Assembly: GCA_047651235.1 (NCBI GenBank)
Contig: CP178758.1
Span: 2,460,001-2,492,000, forward strand
Direction of reading: 5' to 3'
DNA: 32,000 nucleotides
Source of the DNA: Candidatus Electrothrix yaqonensis
GTDB taxonomy: Bacteria > Desulfobacterota > Desulfobulbia > Desulfobulbales > Desulfobulbaceae
Both the position numbers and the translations under genes were made by a program. Positions within the stretch are counted from its first letter, which is position 1; each line of letters starts with the position of its first letter. Of the stretch, positions 7,784 to 15,609 are shown one piece after another. The notes beneath the pieces are model-generated. The model was not told where the DNA came from, did no database searches, and saw only the letters and a list, made by a program, of their open reading frames with translations.

Positions 7784-9358
7784 ATGAATAAAAAAATAAC
7801 AGGCGCGTTAATCCTGCTGCTGCTCGGTGCCGGTATACTAATCGGCATTAAACTGCTGCTGCCGGGCTTTATTGAAGAGAAGCAAGTCAGCACCAGTGAT
7901 GCGGTCAAAATGAAAGGCAAAATCAGGCTCGCGCTGGACAACTGGATCGGGTATTTCCCGTTGCGCTCCAATGAGATGAAGACCCTGATGCGGCGTGGAG
8001 GCTGGAACCTTGTCTGTACCGATGATAAGGCGGATTACCGGGCACGTATGGAGCAGCTGCATAAGGGGGAAATAGACGTTGCAGTGGCCACAGTGGATTC
8101 CTATCTCCTCAACGGTTCCGAGTTTGACTTTCCCGGTGCCATCGTCGCGGTGCTTGACGAGTCCAAGGGCGGTGACGCCATTGTTGCCCATAAAAAACAG
8201 GCTGAAAGCCTTGACAGCCTGAAGGGGAAGGATGATCTGAATATCGCCTTTACCCCGAACAGTCCCAGCCATTACCTGCTCAAGGCGGCGGCTGATCATT
8301 TTAATGTGCCGGAACTGCTGCCGAGTCAAAAGGGGAACAGGATTGAAACCGAGGGTTCTGAGGGTGCCCTGAAAAAGCTGCTGGCAGGCAAGGCTGACAT
8401 TGCCGTGCTCTGGGAGCCAGATGTCTCCAGAGCCTTGGCAGAGAAAGATATCGTCAAGCTGCTGGGAACGGAAGATACCGCGCGGCTTATCGTGGATATC
8501 CTGCTGGTGAATCGCGATTTCATCCAGGATGAACCTGAAGCTGTAAAGGTACTGCTCGGTTCCTATTTCAGGGTGCTGAAAAAATACAGAGACAATCCGG
8601 ACCTTCTGGAAAAGGATGTGGTTGAGGAAACAGGGCTTTCCTCCAAGACGGCGCAGGCTATGCTGCACGGTGTCCGCTGGATCTCTCTGATGGAGAACTG
8701 CGAAAAATGGTTCGGCATTACCCAAGGTTCTGCCCGATCCGGCGGTCAGGCACAGGAAATGATCAGCGACACCATTGAATCCACAGCGGCAACCCTGGTC
8801 AATGCCGGTGATTTCTCCTCTTCACCGGTGCCGGATCAGAACCCTTACCGCCTCCTGAAAAGCTCCTTTCTCCAGGAATTATATACCAAGGGGATAAGCG
8901 GTTTCACGAAACCCGGAGCCGCTGCTCAGGGGACCGATTCGCTTACCGCCCCTTTCCCGCCCCTGGATGCCGGGGCCTGGGAGAGATTGCGCGAAGTCGG
9001 CACCCTGAAAATCGAGCCAATCATCTTTCAGCACGGTTCAGCAGAGCTTGATCTGTTCTCCGAAGAAGTCCTGAAAAAAGTTGTTTCCCGTCTGGAGCAT
9101 TATCCGCATTTCCGAATCATGGTCAAAGGCCATACCGGTCTGCGCGGCGATCCGGAACAGAACAAAGCCCTGTCCCAGCAGCGTGCCGACAGTGTTGCCG
9201 CTTTTCTGGAGAAGACATTTCATATTGATCCGAACCGGATCCGGGCTGTGGGATACGGGGCTGACCGTCCGTTGCAGCAGTTGCCCGGAGAAAGTAAGCG
9301 GGCTTATGAACACCGGCTGCTGCGGGTGGAGATCGTTCTTGTTCGGGAGGAGTTCTGA
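7784..9358 (+). CDS. Membrane-anchored periplasmic-binding-protein-like (NMT1 type) / OmpA-like fusion protein
   Basis: - N-terminal TM helix (ALILLLLGAGILIGIKLLL).
- SBP-like core (IRLALDNWIGYFPL...GEIDVAVATVDS).
- C-terminal OmpA_C-like motifs: IMVKGHTGLRGDPEQNKALSQQRADSVAAFL, AVGYGADRPL, RLLRVEIVL. Confidence 0.7.
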   Translation: MNKKITGALILLLLGAGILIGIKLLLPGFIEEKQVSTSDAVKMKGKIRLALDNWIGYFPLRSNEMKTLMRRGGWNLVCTDDKADYRARMEQLHKGEIDVAVATVDSYLLNGSEFDFPGAIVAVLDESKGGDAIVAHKKQAESLDSLKGKDDLNIAFTPNSPSHYLLKAAADHFNVPELLPSQKGNRIETEGSEGALKKLLAGKADIAVLWEPDVSRALAEKDIVKLLGTEDTARLIVDILLVNRDFIQDEPEAVKVLLGSYFRVLKKYRDNPDLLEKDVVEETGLSSKTAQAMLHGVRWISLMENCEKWFGITQGSARSGGQAQEMISDTIESTAATLVNAGDFSSSPVPDQNPYRLLKSSFLQELYTKGISGFTKPGAAAQGTDSLTAPFPPLDAGAWERLREVGTLKIEPIIFQHGSAELDLFSEEVLKKVVSRLEHYPHFRIMVKGHTGLRGDPEQNKALSQQRADSVAAFLEKTFHIDPNRIRAVGYGADRPLQQLPGESKRAYEHRLLRVEIVLVREEF

Positions 9359-9360
9359 GC

Positions 9361-10239
9361 ATGATGTTTTTTTCTGTTCATACCGATACGGGTGCGGAGA
9401 GCGGTAACAGCAGACAGCTACCGAGTCTGGAGGATTTTTCCGGGCGAGCGGTAAAAAAAGCTGTGCGGACCGAGAGCCTGTTTCACCCGGTTTCTCTTTA
9501 CTCGTCTTCTCTCGGCCTGCTGGCCGGGCTGGGCTGGTATCTTTTTGATATGTCCATGTTGGCGGCAGGCATGGCCGGACTGCTCTGCCTCGGTGCGGGC
9601 ATGGCAACGGTGAATATGTTTTTCCGGCGCGATATCATTGCCCGGCAATATCTGAATCGGCTTTCCGCCCGTTTTGCAGAGGAGCGGGAAGGACTGCTCC
9701 GCACCCTGAGCACGGATCTGGAGAAATGTGCTCATATTACAGGGGCAGAACAGTACGGGGAGCAGGCCCGGCAACAGTTCCTGTTCATTACGGAAAAATA
9801 CGATACCTTCCGGGCCATGCTGGATCAGAAGCTCAAACGCGGCGAGCTGACCTATGCCCGTTTCCTCGGAGCTGCCGAGCAGGTCTATCTGGGCGGACTG
9901 GATACCCTGCGCAGGATTGTTGTCCTGCTCCAGAGCGTAAGTACCATTGATCCCGACTATATTGCGCAACGGCTTGCCGAACTTGAACAGCTTGCCGCCC
10001 CGGATGTGGCGGATGAGCGCGAACATGCCACCCTGAAAAAACGGCTGGAACTCATGGAAGAGCAGTTAAAGCAGGTGAACAGTCTGCTGACTGATAATGA
10101 AGAATCCATGACCATCATGAGTCAGACCATTGCCACGGTGGCGCAGATGCGGACCGGCGGTGATCTGGCCTCTATGGATCTGGACACAGCCATGGACAAT
10201 CTCCAGGAGCTTGCCCAGCGTAACTATCATACCCATTAA
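9361..10239 (+). CDS. Two-TM inner-membrane protein with a long cytoplasmic coiled-coil; possibly XpaC-like (5-bromo-4-chloroindolyl phosphate hydrolysis family)
   Basis: - GGGAGGAG RBS; the ATG lies 2 nt after the upstream stop.
- Two hydrophobic helices (LGLLAGLGWYLF and AAGMAGLLCLGAGMATVNMFF).
- The helical C-terminal half is Glu/Leu/Arg-rich.
- The XpaC assignment rests only on architecture and the TelA neighbour. Confidence 0.45.
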   Translation: MMFFSVHTDTGAESGNSRQLPSLEDFSGRAVKKAVRTESLFHPVSLYSSSLGLLAGLGWYLFDMSMLAAGMAGLLCLGAGMATVNMFFRRDIIARQYLNRLSARFAEEREGLLRTLSTDLEKCAHITGAEQYGEQARQQFLFITEKYDTFRAMLDQKLKRGELTYARFLGAAEQVYLGGLDTLRRIVVLLQSVSTIDPDYIAQRLAELEQLAAPDVADEREHATLKKRLELMEEQLKQVNSLLTDNEESMTIMSQTIATVAQMRTGGDLASMDLDTAMDNLQELAQRNYHTH

Positions 10240-10359
10240 ACAACGCAACCTGAACATCCACTGCATTTTTTAGAGAAAAAGAATGAACCGCCCCGCTGCT
10301 GACTGCCGGGGTTATAATCCGATGTTTTTGTACATTTTCTGTATACAAGGAGACCTGAG

Positions 10360-11574
10360 ATGAATACCCGGACAACGACAGCAATGACCCTGCCCACTGC
10401 TTCAGACCTGAAAAACGAACTTGCCCTTGCTGATCCGCAGGCCCTCACCGTAACCGAAGGACAGGATACGGAAGTTGAAGAGGCTGCGGAAAAATTTGTT
10501 GCTGCAGTCCTGGCCTTTGATCCCAATGATCCTGCCCAGCAGAATGCCCGTGAAGACAATATTGCCGCAGTGGAAACTCTGGGCGGAAAGACACAAAAGG
10601 AAGCAGCGCATCGCAGTGCCATGCTCAAGCAGCCAATCCGTTCCCTGGCGTCCAAAAGCGAGGACGGTGGCGAGGTTGCCCGCTCCCTTGTTGAGCTGAA
10701 CATACAGGTTGAAGAGCTGGATCCTGGAAAATTCGATTTTGAGGCAGGTTGGTTTGCTCGTCTCTTAGGCTGGATTCCCGGTATCGGCACGCCGCTGAAA
10801 AGGTACTTTCTCAAGTTTGAGCAGTCAGACACAGTGATTGATGCCATTGTTCGTTCTTTGAAGGAAGGCCAAGCCCAGCTCACCCGGGATAATATAACCC
10901 TGGTGCAGGACCAGAAGGCCATGCGTGGATTCACCTTTCGCCTGGAAAAAACCATCAAACTGGCCATGCTGATTGACCAGCGACTGGAGTATGCCTTGGA
11001 GCGGGAAGTCGAGCCGGGTGATGCCAAGGCATCCTTTATTCAAGAGGAACTGCTCTTCCCCCTGCGCCAGAGGATTCAGGACCTGCAACAGCAGCTGGCC
11101 GTCAATCAGCAGGGAGTGCTTGCCATTGAGTTGCTTGTCCGCAACAACAAGGAACTAATCAAGGGCGTTGACCGGGCGATCAACGTGACCGTCAATATGC
11201 TCAGTGTGGCTGTCACGGTTGCTCTGGCCCTGGCGAACCAGAAGATTGTTCTGGAGAAGATTGATGCCATCAATAAGACAACCAATAAGCTGATTGAGGA
11301 AAACGCTGCCCGCCTGAAAACTCAGGGTGCCGCTATTCAGAAGCAGGCTGCCAGCACCCAGCTCAGTATGGAGTCACTGGAAAGGGCCTTTGCCGATATC
11401 AATGCGGCGATGGATGATATTGCCACCTTCCGTAAAAATGCCTTACCCACAATGGCGGAAAACATTTTAGGAATGGAAAAAATGACCGCCGAGGCGGAAG
11501 CTCGGATTCAGCAGCAGGAGCAGGGGAATCAGGCTGCGCCGACAATTGAGCTTGATTTTACAGGGGCTGTTTGA
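10360..11574 (+). CDS. telA: TelA-family toxic anion resistance protein
   Basis: AAGGAG RBS. The long helical protein has TelA-typical blocks: LKRYFLKFEQSDTVIDAIVRSLKEGQAQLTRDNITLVQDQKAM, and later LVRNNKELIKGVDRAINVT. Confidence 0.8.
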   Translation: MNTRTTTAMTLPTASDLKNELALADPQALTVTEGQDTEVEEAAEKFVAAVLAFDPNDPAQQNAREDNIAAVETLGGKTQKEAAHRSAMLKQPIRSLASKSEDGGEVARSLVELNIQVEELDPGKFDFEAGWFARLLGWIPGIGTPLKRYFLKFEQSDTVIDAIVRSLKEGQAQLTRDNITLVQDQKAMRGFTFRLEKTIKLAMLIDQRLEYALEREVEPGDAKASFIQEELLFPLRQRIQDLQQQLAVNQQGVLAIELLVRNNKELIKGVDRAINVTVNMLSVAVTVALALANQKIVLEKIDAINKTTNKLIEENAARLKTQGAAIQKQAASTQLSMESLERAFADINAAMDDIATFRKNALPTMAENILGMEKMTAEAEARIQQQEQGNQAAPTIELDFTGAV

Positions 11575-11595
11575 TTGCGAAATTTCAGGGGAAAA

Positions 11596-11616
11596 CCCCG
11601 CTCTTTGCGGGCGGGG
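11596..11616. terminator. GC-rich hairpin between the convergent telA and small-ORF transcripts; weak terminator candidate
   Basis: CCCGC tcttt GCGGG, or alternatively CCCCGC...GCGGGG. On the minus strand it is followed by GTTTTCCCC. There is no good T-run on the plus strand. Confidence 0.35.
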
Positions 11617-11831
11617 GATCTTCTACCCCACAACCGGTCAACTTCTGCCTGTCGTTCCTGATCAAAACGGCTAAAGAGTCTCTCTGTCATGGCAGCCTTT
11701 GCAACAGCGGCATCGCCAAGGCATCGGTAAATATTCGCTGTGTGCTGTCTTCCATGTTTACCTCCGGGAGAACTGCTGTCCACCTCTTCCTTAAGGCCTG
11801 CCGCAGCAGACTGAACTCCTCTTGCACTGTA

Positions 11832-12014
11832 TCACCCTTCAATGACAAAACGGGCAACATTGTTTTTGGCGGGAATATATTCGCCGATGGGTTCCATCCG
11901 CTTGTTGTCGGCCACACAGTCCACCAGCATACGCCAGAGAACTTCCATGTCAGCGGATTCCTGCGGGCTTTCCGTTGTGAACTCAACAACATTCTTGTCA
12001 ATTACAATTTTCAT
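11832..12014 (-). CDS. Hypothetical 60-aa protein, last gene of the oxygen-defence cluster
   Basis: A perfect AGGAGG RBS lies 6 nt upstream of the ATG, which is 55 nt after the roo stop. No recognisable family. Confidence 0.55.
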   Translation of the reverse strand: MKIVIDKNVVEFTTESPQESADMEVLWRMLVDCVADNKRMEPIGEYIPAKNNVARFVIEG

Positions 12015-12069
12015 CAGATACCTCCTGTTTCCGGGATGAGTATTTCCTGATTACGCTGTGCCGTAATAA

Positions 12070-13290
12070 TCAGAGAACAGATTCCACCTGCTTTCCCTCT
12101 TTAATATCCTCCAAGGCCTGAGCAATAGTGTGACCAAGCTCCACACATTCCATCAGCTGGCCGTGTTCCGGCACATACTGTACTTTCAGCCCCTTATGCA
12201 CCAGAGTGAAGTTCATTTCAAGCATGGCCGTGTTCATCAGCTTGACCGCCTCGCCGGACCAGCCGAACGACCCGAAAGCTGCACCGATTTTATTGGTCGG
12301 CCGCAGCCCGCGCATATACATGAGAAAACCGGCCATTCTGGGCAGCATGCCGTTATTCAGGGTCGGGCAGCCGAGAATAATAGCACTGGCTTCCAGGACA
12401 TCACACATGACATTGCTGCGGTGATTCACCTGCAGGTTGAGCAGCTTATAGCTGATTCCCTTGTCCAGCAGCCCGGCAGCAATGGATTTGGCCATCATCT
12501 CGGTTGAATGCCACATGCTGTCATAGATAACCAGAGCGCTGCCGTTCCCTTCATTGACACACCAGCGGGAATAGGCGTCCAGGACTTTTCCGGGGTCCTT
12601 ACGCCAGATGATGCCGTGATCCGGCGCAATCATGTTGATCGGCAGATGCATGTCCTCAATCTGCCTGATCAGTTTCTTTACCAACGGTGAATACAGGGTC
12701 AGGATGTTGGCATAGTATTTGGCAGCCTCATGCATCAGGGTATCCTGATTCACCTCGTCGTCAAAACGTTCACTGCTGGCAAGATGCTGTCCAAAGGCAT
12801 CACTTGAAAAAAGGATCTGATCTTCCTTCAGGTAGGTGAACATGGAATCCGGCCAGTGCAGCATACGGGTTTCGACAAACTGCAGGGTCTTTTCCCCCAG
12901 GCTGATTTCCTCGCCCGGAGCAACCACATGGAAAGGCCAATCTGACTCATGAAAATGCTTAATCAGAGCTTTATGCCCCATTTTTGAGCAAATAACCTTT
13001 TCCGGGTTGATGGTCCGGATGACTTCGGGAAGCGCACCGGAATGATCCATCTCCACATGGTTGACCACAAGATAATCGATTTTCTCAAAGTCAATGATGT
13101 TGCGGATCCGATGCATCAGTTCCCGGCTGTACCCGTCCTTGACCGTGTCAATCAGGGTTACCTTTTCATCAACGATCAGGTAGGCGTTATAGGTCGTACC
13201 GCGTTCAGTGGAATAGCCGTGAAAATCCCTGGTCAGCCAGTCGATGGCACCAACCCAGTATACATTCTTGCTCAGTTCAATAGGACGCAC
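12070..13290 (-). CDS. roo: Flavodiiron protein (rubredoxin:oxygen oxidoreductase / FprA type)
   Basis: - MBL-like diiron motif NHVEMDHSG.
- C-terminal flavodoxin-like domain (ALVIYDSMWHSTE...).
- GTG 13290 with a GAGGAG RBS is preferred over the upstream ATG 13341, giving 406 aa. Confidence 0.9.
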   Translation of the reverse strand: MRPIELSKNVYWVGAIDWLTRDFHGYSTERGTTYNAYLIVDEKVTLIDTVKDGYSRELMHRIRNIIDFEKIDYLVVNHVEMDHSGALPEVIRTINPEKVICSKMGHKALIKHFHESDWPFHVVAPGEEISLGEKTLQFVETRMLHWPDSMFTYLKEDQILFSSDAFGQHLASSERFDDEVNQDTLMHEAAKYYANILTLYSPLVKKLIRQIEDMHLPINMIAPDHGIIWRKDPGKVLDAYSRWCVNEGNGSALVIYDSMWHSTEMMAKSIAAGLLDKGISYKLLNLQVNHRSNVMCDVLEASAIILGCPTLNNGMLPRMAGFLMYMRGLRPTNKIGAAFGSFGWSGEAVKLMNTAMLEMNFTLVHKGLKVQYVPEHGQLMECVELGHTIAQALEDIKEGKQVESVL

Positions 13291-13351
13291 TGGTGATTCT
13301 CCTCTTGATTTTTCCCGTCCGGGACATCGGGTCATACACACTGCATAAAAT

Positions 13352-13386
13352 AATTCCTTCCGACCCGATGTGCATCGGAAGGAATT
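13352..13386 (-). terminator. Strong intercistronic hairpin between rubredoxin and roo (attenuator or partial terminator)
   Basis: A perfect 12-bp stem (AATTCCTTCCGA / TCGGAAGGAATT) with an 11-nt loop, followed on the minus strand by ATTTTAT. Confidence 0.4.
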
Positions 13387-13495
13387 CGGTGCAAAAAGTA
13401 AGCAGCAGGCAGAGTCTTTTCAGCAGAACTGCCTCAGCTGCAGGCACAGACCCGCTATTCAGCAGCAGTTCTGCAGTATACCACAGGTACTGCGG

Positions 13496-13654
13496 TTATA
13501 CCTCCTCAAAGGCATCCTTGCCGGCACCGCAGATCGGGCAGAGCCAATCCTCCGGTACATCTTCCCAATTTGTCTTCGAAGCAACATCGTTGTCAGGATC
13601 ACCGGTTTCCGGATCATATTCGTATCCGCAGATCATACATGTATATTTCTTCAT
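13496..13654 (-). CDS. rub: Rubredoxin (52 aa; absent from the ORF track because it is under 60 aa)
   Basis: The minus-strand translation is [52 protein letters not shown]. It has two CxxCG knuckles and the conserved W and F residues. Confidence 0.9.
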   Translation of the reverse strand: MKKYTCMICGYEYDPETGDPDNDVASKTNWEDVPEDWLCPICGAGKDAFEEV

Positions 13655-13791
13655 TGCTCTTATCCTTATCTTGTTTCGTGAAATTGAAATATCAGAGAAA
13701 GAAATGTCCCGCCCGGCTGGACAGGACGCGGCATTTTGTGACTGTGACCGGCAGAGCAGGTCAGAAGAACATCATCAGGATTTGTGGATTT

Positions 13792-14166
13792 TTAGGACTT
13801 CCAGAGTCCGTGCAGATTGCAGTAGGCGCGGGCAGAGACATCGGCGGCCTCTGTACAGAACACGGCTTCCGGTGCATCACCAGGCTGCAGATCCTGCCGC
13901 AGGATCGTGGAACCGGCAACCAGCTCAATCCATTCAATCCAGTGTTTTTCCTCCATAGGATGAGCCACAGACCCCACACTGACCTTATAGCCGTTCTCGA
14001 TTTTTTCAAGAACCGGAACGTGTTTTTCCCTGGCCGCATCTACAGTATTTTCTGCCATCAGATCCATAGGCTGACCGCAGCAGACCAGCTCTCCGGCACC
14101 GGTATGCAGGACTTCAATGATATTTCCGCACAGAGGACACTTGTAGACTTCGTTTCTCTTTGTCAT
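13792..14166 (-). CDS. dfx: Desulfoferrodoxin (2Fe superoxide reductase)
   Basis: N-terminal desulforedoxin-like Cys4 (CPLCGN...VCCG). C-terminal SOR centre motifs [14 protein letters not shown] and CNLHGLW. Confidence 0.9.
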   Translation of the reverse strand: MTKRNEVYKCPLCGNIIEVLHTGAGELVCCGQPMDLMAENTVDAAREKHVPVLEKIENGYKVSVGSVAHPMEEKHWIEWIELVAGSTILRQDLQPGDAPEAVFCTEAADVSARAYCNLHGLWKS

Positions 14167-14291
14167 GCTTTCACCTTATTATTCTGAGATTCTCGGAAAA
14201 CCGCAGTTTTTCGGAAAGCTGCAGTTTTTGGATTCTCCCGGATCACTCTGATCCGAGAAAGCGGACAATACTTGGTTTGGTACCCGGCTGT

Positions 14292-14885
14292 TCAGGAGGC
14301 TTTTTTGCTCAGATACTCGGCAACCCCTTCAGCCGTCGGCGTCATGGCATCCTCGCCTTCCTTCCAGTTGGCCGGACAGACATCACCATGTTTCTCGTGA
14401 AAAATAAGGGCATCAACCATGCGCAGGGTCTCTCCAATGGAGCGGCCGAGAGGCAGATCATTGATCACCGCATGACGGATAACGCCCTCTTTATCGATCA
14501 GAAAGGTGCCGCGCAGGGCAACGCCCATATCCAGCAGTACCCCGTACTGTCTGGATATTTTCTTATCCAGATCAGCAACCAGGGGATACTGAATATTGCC
14601 GATACCGCCCTTATCGACTGGTGTGTTTTTCCAGGCCCAATGGCTGAACTGAGAGTCAATGGAAACTCCTATGACCTGGCAGTTTTTTTCCTGAAATTCA
14701 GACAGGGCCTTATCAAAAGCTATAATCTCAGAGGGACAGACAAAGGTAAAATCCAGAGGATAAAAGAAAAGAACCACATATTTCCCGCGATAGTCGGACA
14801 GCGAAAAATCTTCCTTGAACGAATTGTCTCCCATAACAGCCGTTGCTGTAAAATCAGGAGCTTGCCTGGTCACCAAGGTGCTCAT
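14292..14885 (-). CDS. ahpC: Typical 2-Cys peroxiredoxin (AhpC/Prx)
   Basis: Peroxidatic Cys motif DFTFVCPSE and resolving Cys motif HGDVCPANW. Confidence 0.9.
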   Translation of the reverse strand: MSTLVTRQAPDFTATAVMGDNSFKEDFSLSDYRGKYVVLFFYPLDFTFVCPSEIIAFDKALSEFQEKNCQVIGVSIDSQFSHWAWKNTPVDKGGIGNIQYPLVADLDKKISRQYGVLLDMGVALRGTFLIDKEGVIRHAVINDLPLGRSIGETLRMVDALIFHEKHGDVCPANWKEGEDAMTPTAEGVAEYLSKKAS

Positions 14886-14991
14886 TGTACTCTCCTCCCT
14901 TATTTTTTATTTTATTACGGTAAGATGTACATCGTTGCTGTGGTGCGCTGCAGGACCGCAGAGTACCATACTGCAGATATGGTCACAAAGA

Positions 14992-15567
14992 TTACCAGTT
15001 TTCCGCAAGCAATTCAAAATAACTCTGCGGATGGGAACACGCCAGACATTTTTCCGGAGCCTCGGCACCTTCATGAATATACCCGCATTTCGTGCAGTAC
15101 CAAATTACTGCTCCCTCGCGCCTGAAGACTTTGCCCTCTTTCAGATTGGCGATAAATGTCCGGTACTGCTTTGCATGCTGCTGCTCTGCTTTAGCAATAG
15201 CTCTGAAGGTTCCCGCGATACGCGGGAAGCCCTCTTCCTCTGCAATGTCGGCAAACTCCGGATACATTTCCATGTACTCATGCTCTTCACCCTGTGCTGC
15301 TGCTTCAAGATTTTCCATGGTTGTACCCAGAGTACCGGCCGGAAACGCTGCGCTTACCTGTACCTCTCCGCCCTCAAGCAGCTTGAACAGCGTCTTGGCG
15401 TGTGCCCGTTCCTGCTCCGCTGTCCGGTCAAAGATATTGGCGATCTGCACAAGCCCTTCTTTCCGGGCGATTTTTGCCGCAAAGGAATAGCGATTTCTTG
15501 CCTGTGATTCACCGGCAAAGGCCGTAAGAATATTTGTCTCTGTTCTGGTGCCCTGCAATGCGCTCAT
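14992..15567 (-). CDS. rbr: Rubrerythrin
   Basis: A ferritin-like diiron domain with ExxH motifs (EQERAH, EHEY, EQQHA), plus a C-terminal rubredoxin-like CTKCG...CLAC. Confidence 0.9.
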   Translation of the reverse strand: MSALQGTRTETNILTAFAGESQARNRYSFAAKIARKEGLVQIANIFDRTAEQERAHAKTLFKLLEGGEVQVSAAFPAGTLGTTMENLEAAAQGEEHEYMEMYPEFADIAEEEGFPRIAGTFRAIAKAEQQHAKQYRTFIANLKEGKVFRREGAVIWYCTKCGYIHEGAEAPEKCLACSHPQSYFELLAENW

Positions 15568-15609
15568 TCTTCTTTTCTCCTTTTAATACATTGCGGTTAC
15601 AGTAGCCGG

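Noticed and set aside
7838-11027. Long minus-strand ORFs 7838..8725, 9038..9607, 9418..10026 and 10236..11027
   Set aside because: They are antisense to the envelope-cluster genes. They are Ser/Ala/Arg/Pro-rich and show no motifs.
11529-11831. In-frame continuation after the TGA of the 60-aa ORF (the same frame as ORF 11529..11783), which might suggest stop-codon read-through or selenocysteine
   Set aside because: No SECIS-like hairpin follows the TGA directly. The continuation is Arg/Gly/Ala-rich with no motifs, and it runs through the terminator-like hairpin at 11596-11616.
13293-15507. Several long plus-strand ORFs (13293..13958, 13570..14187, 14160..15125, 14815..15507)
   Set aside because: All are antisense to strongly motif-supported genes (rubredoxin, dfx, ahpC, rbr). 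Their translations are low-complexity with no domains, so they are typical shadow ORFs.
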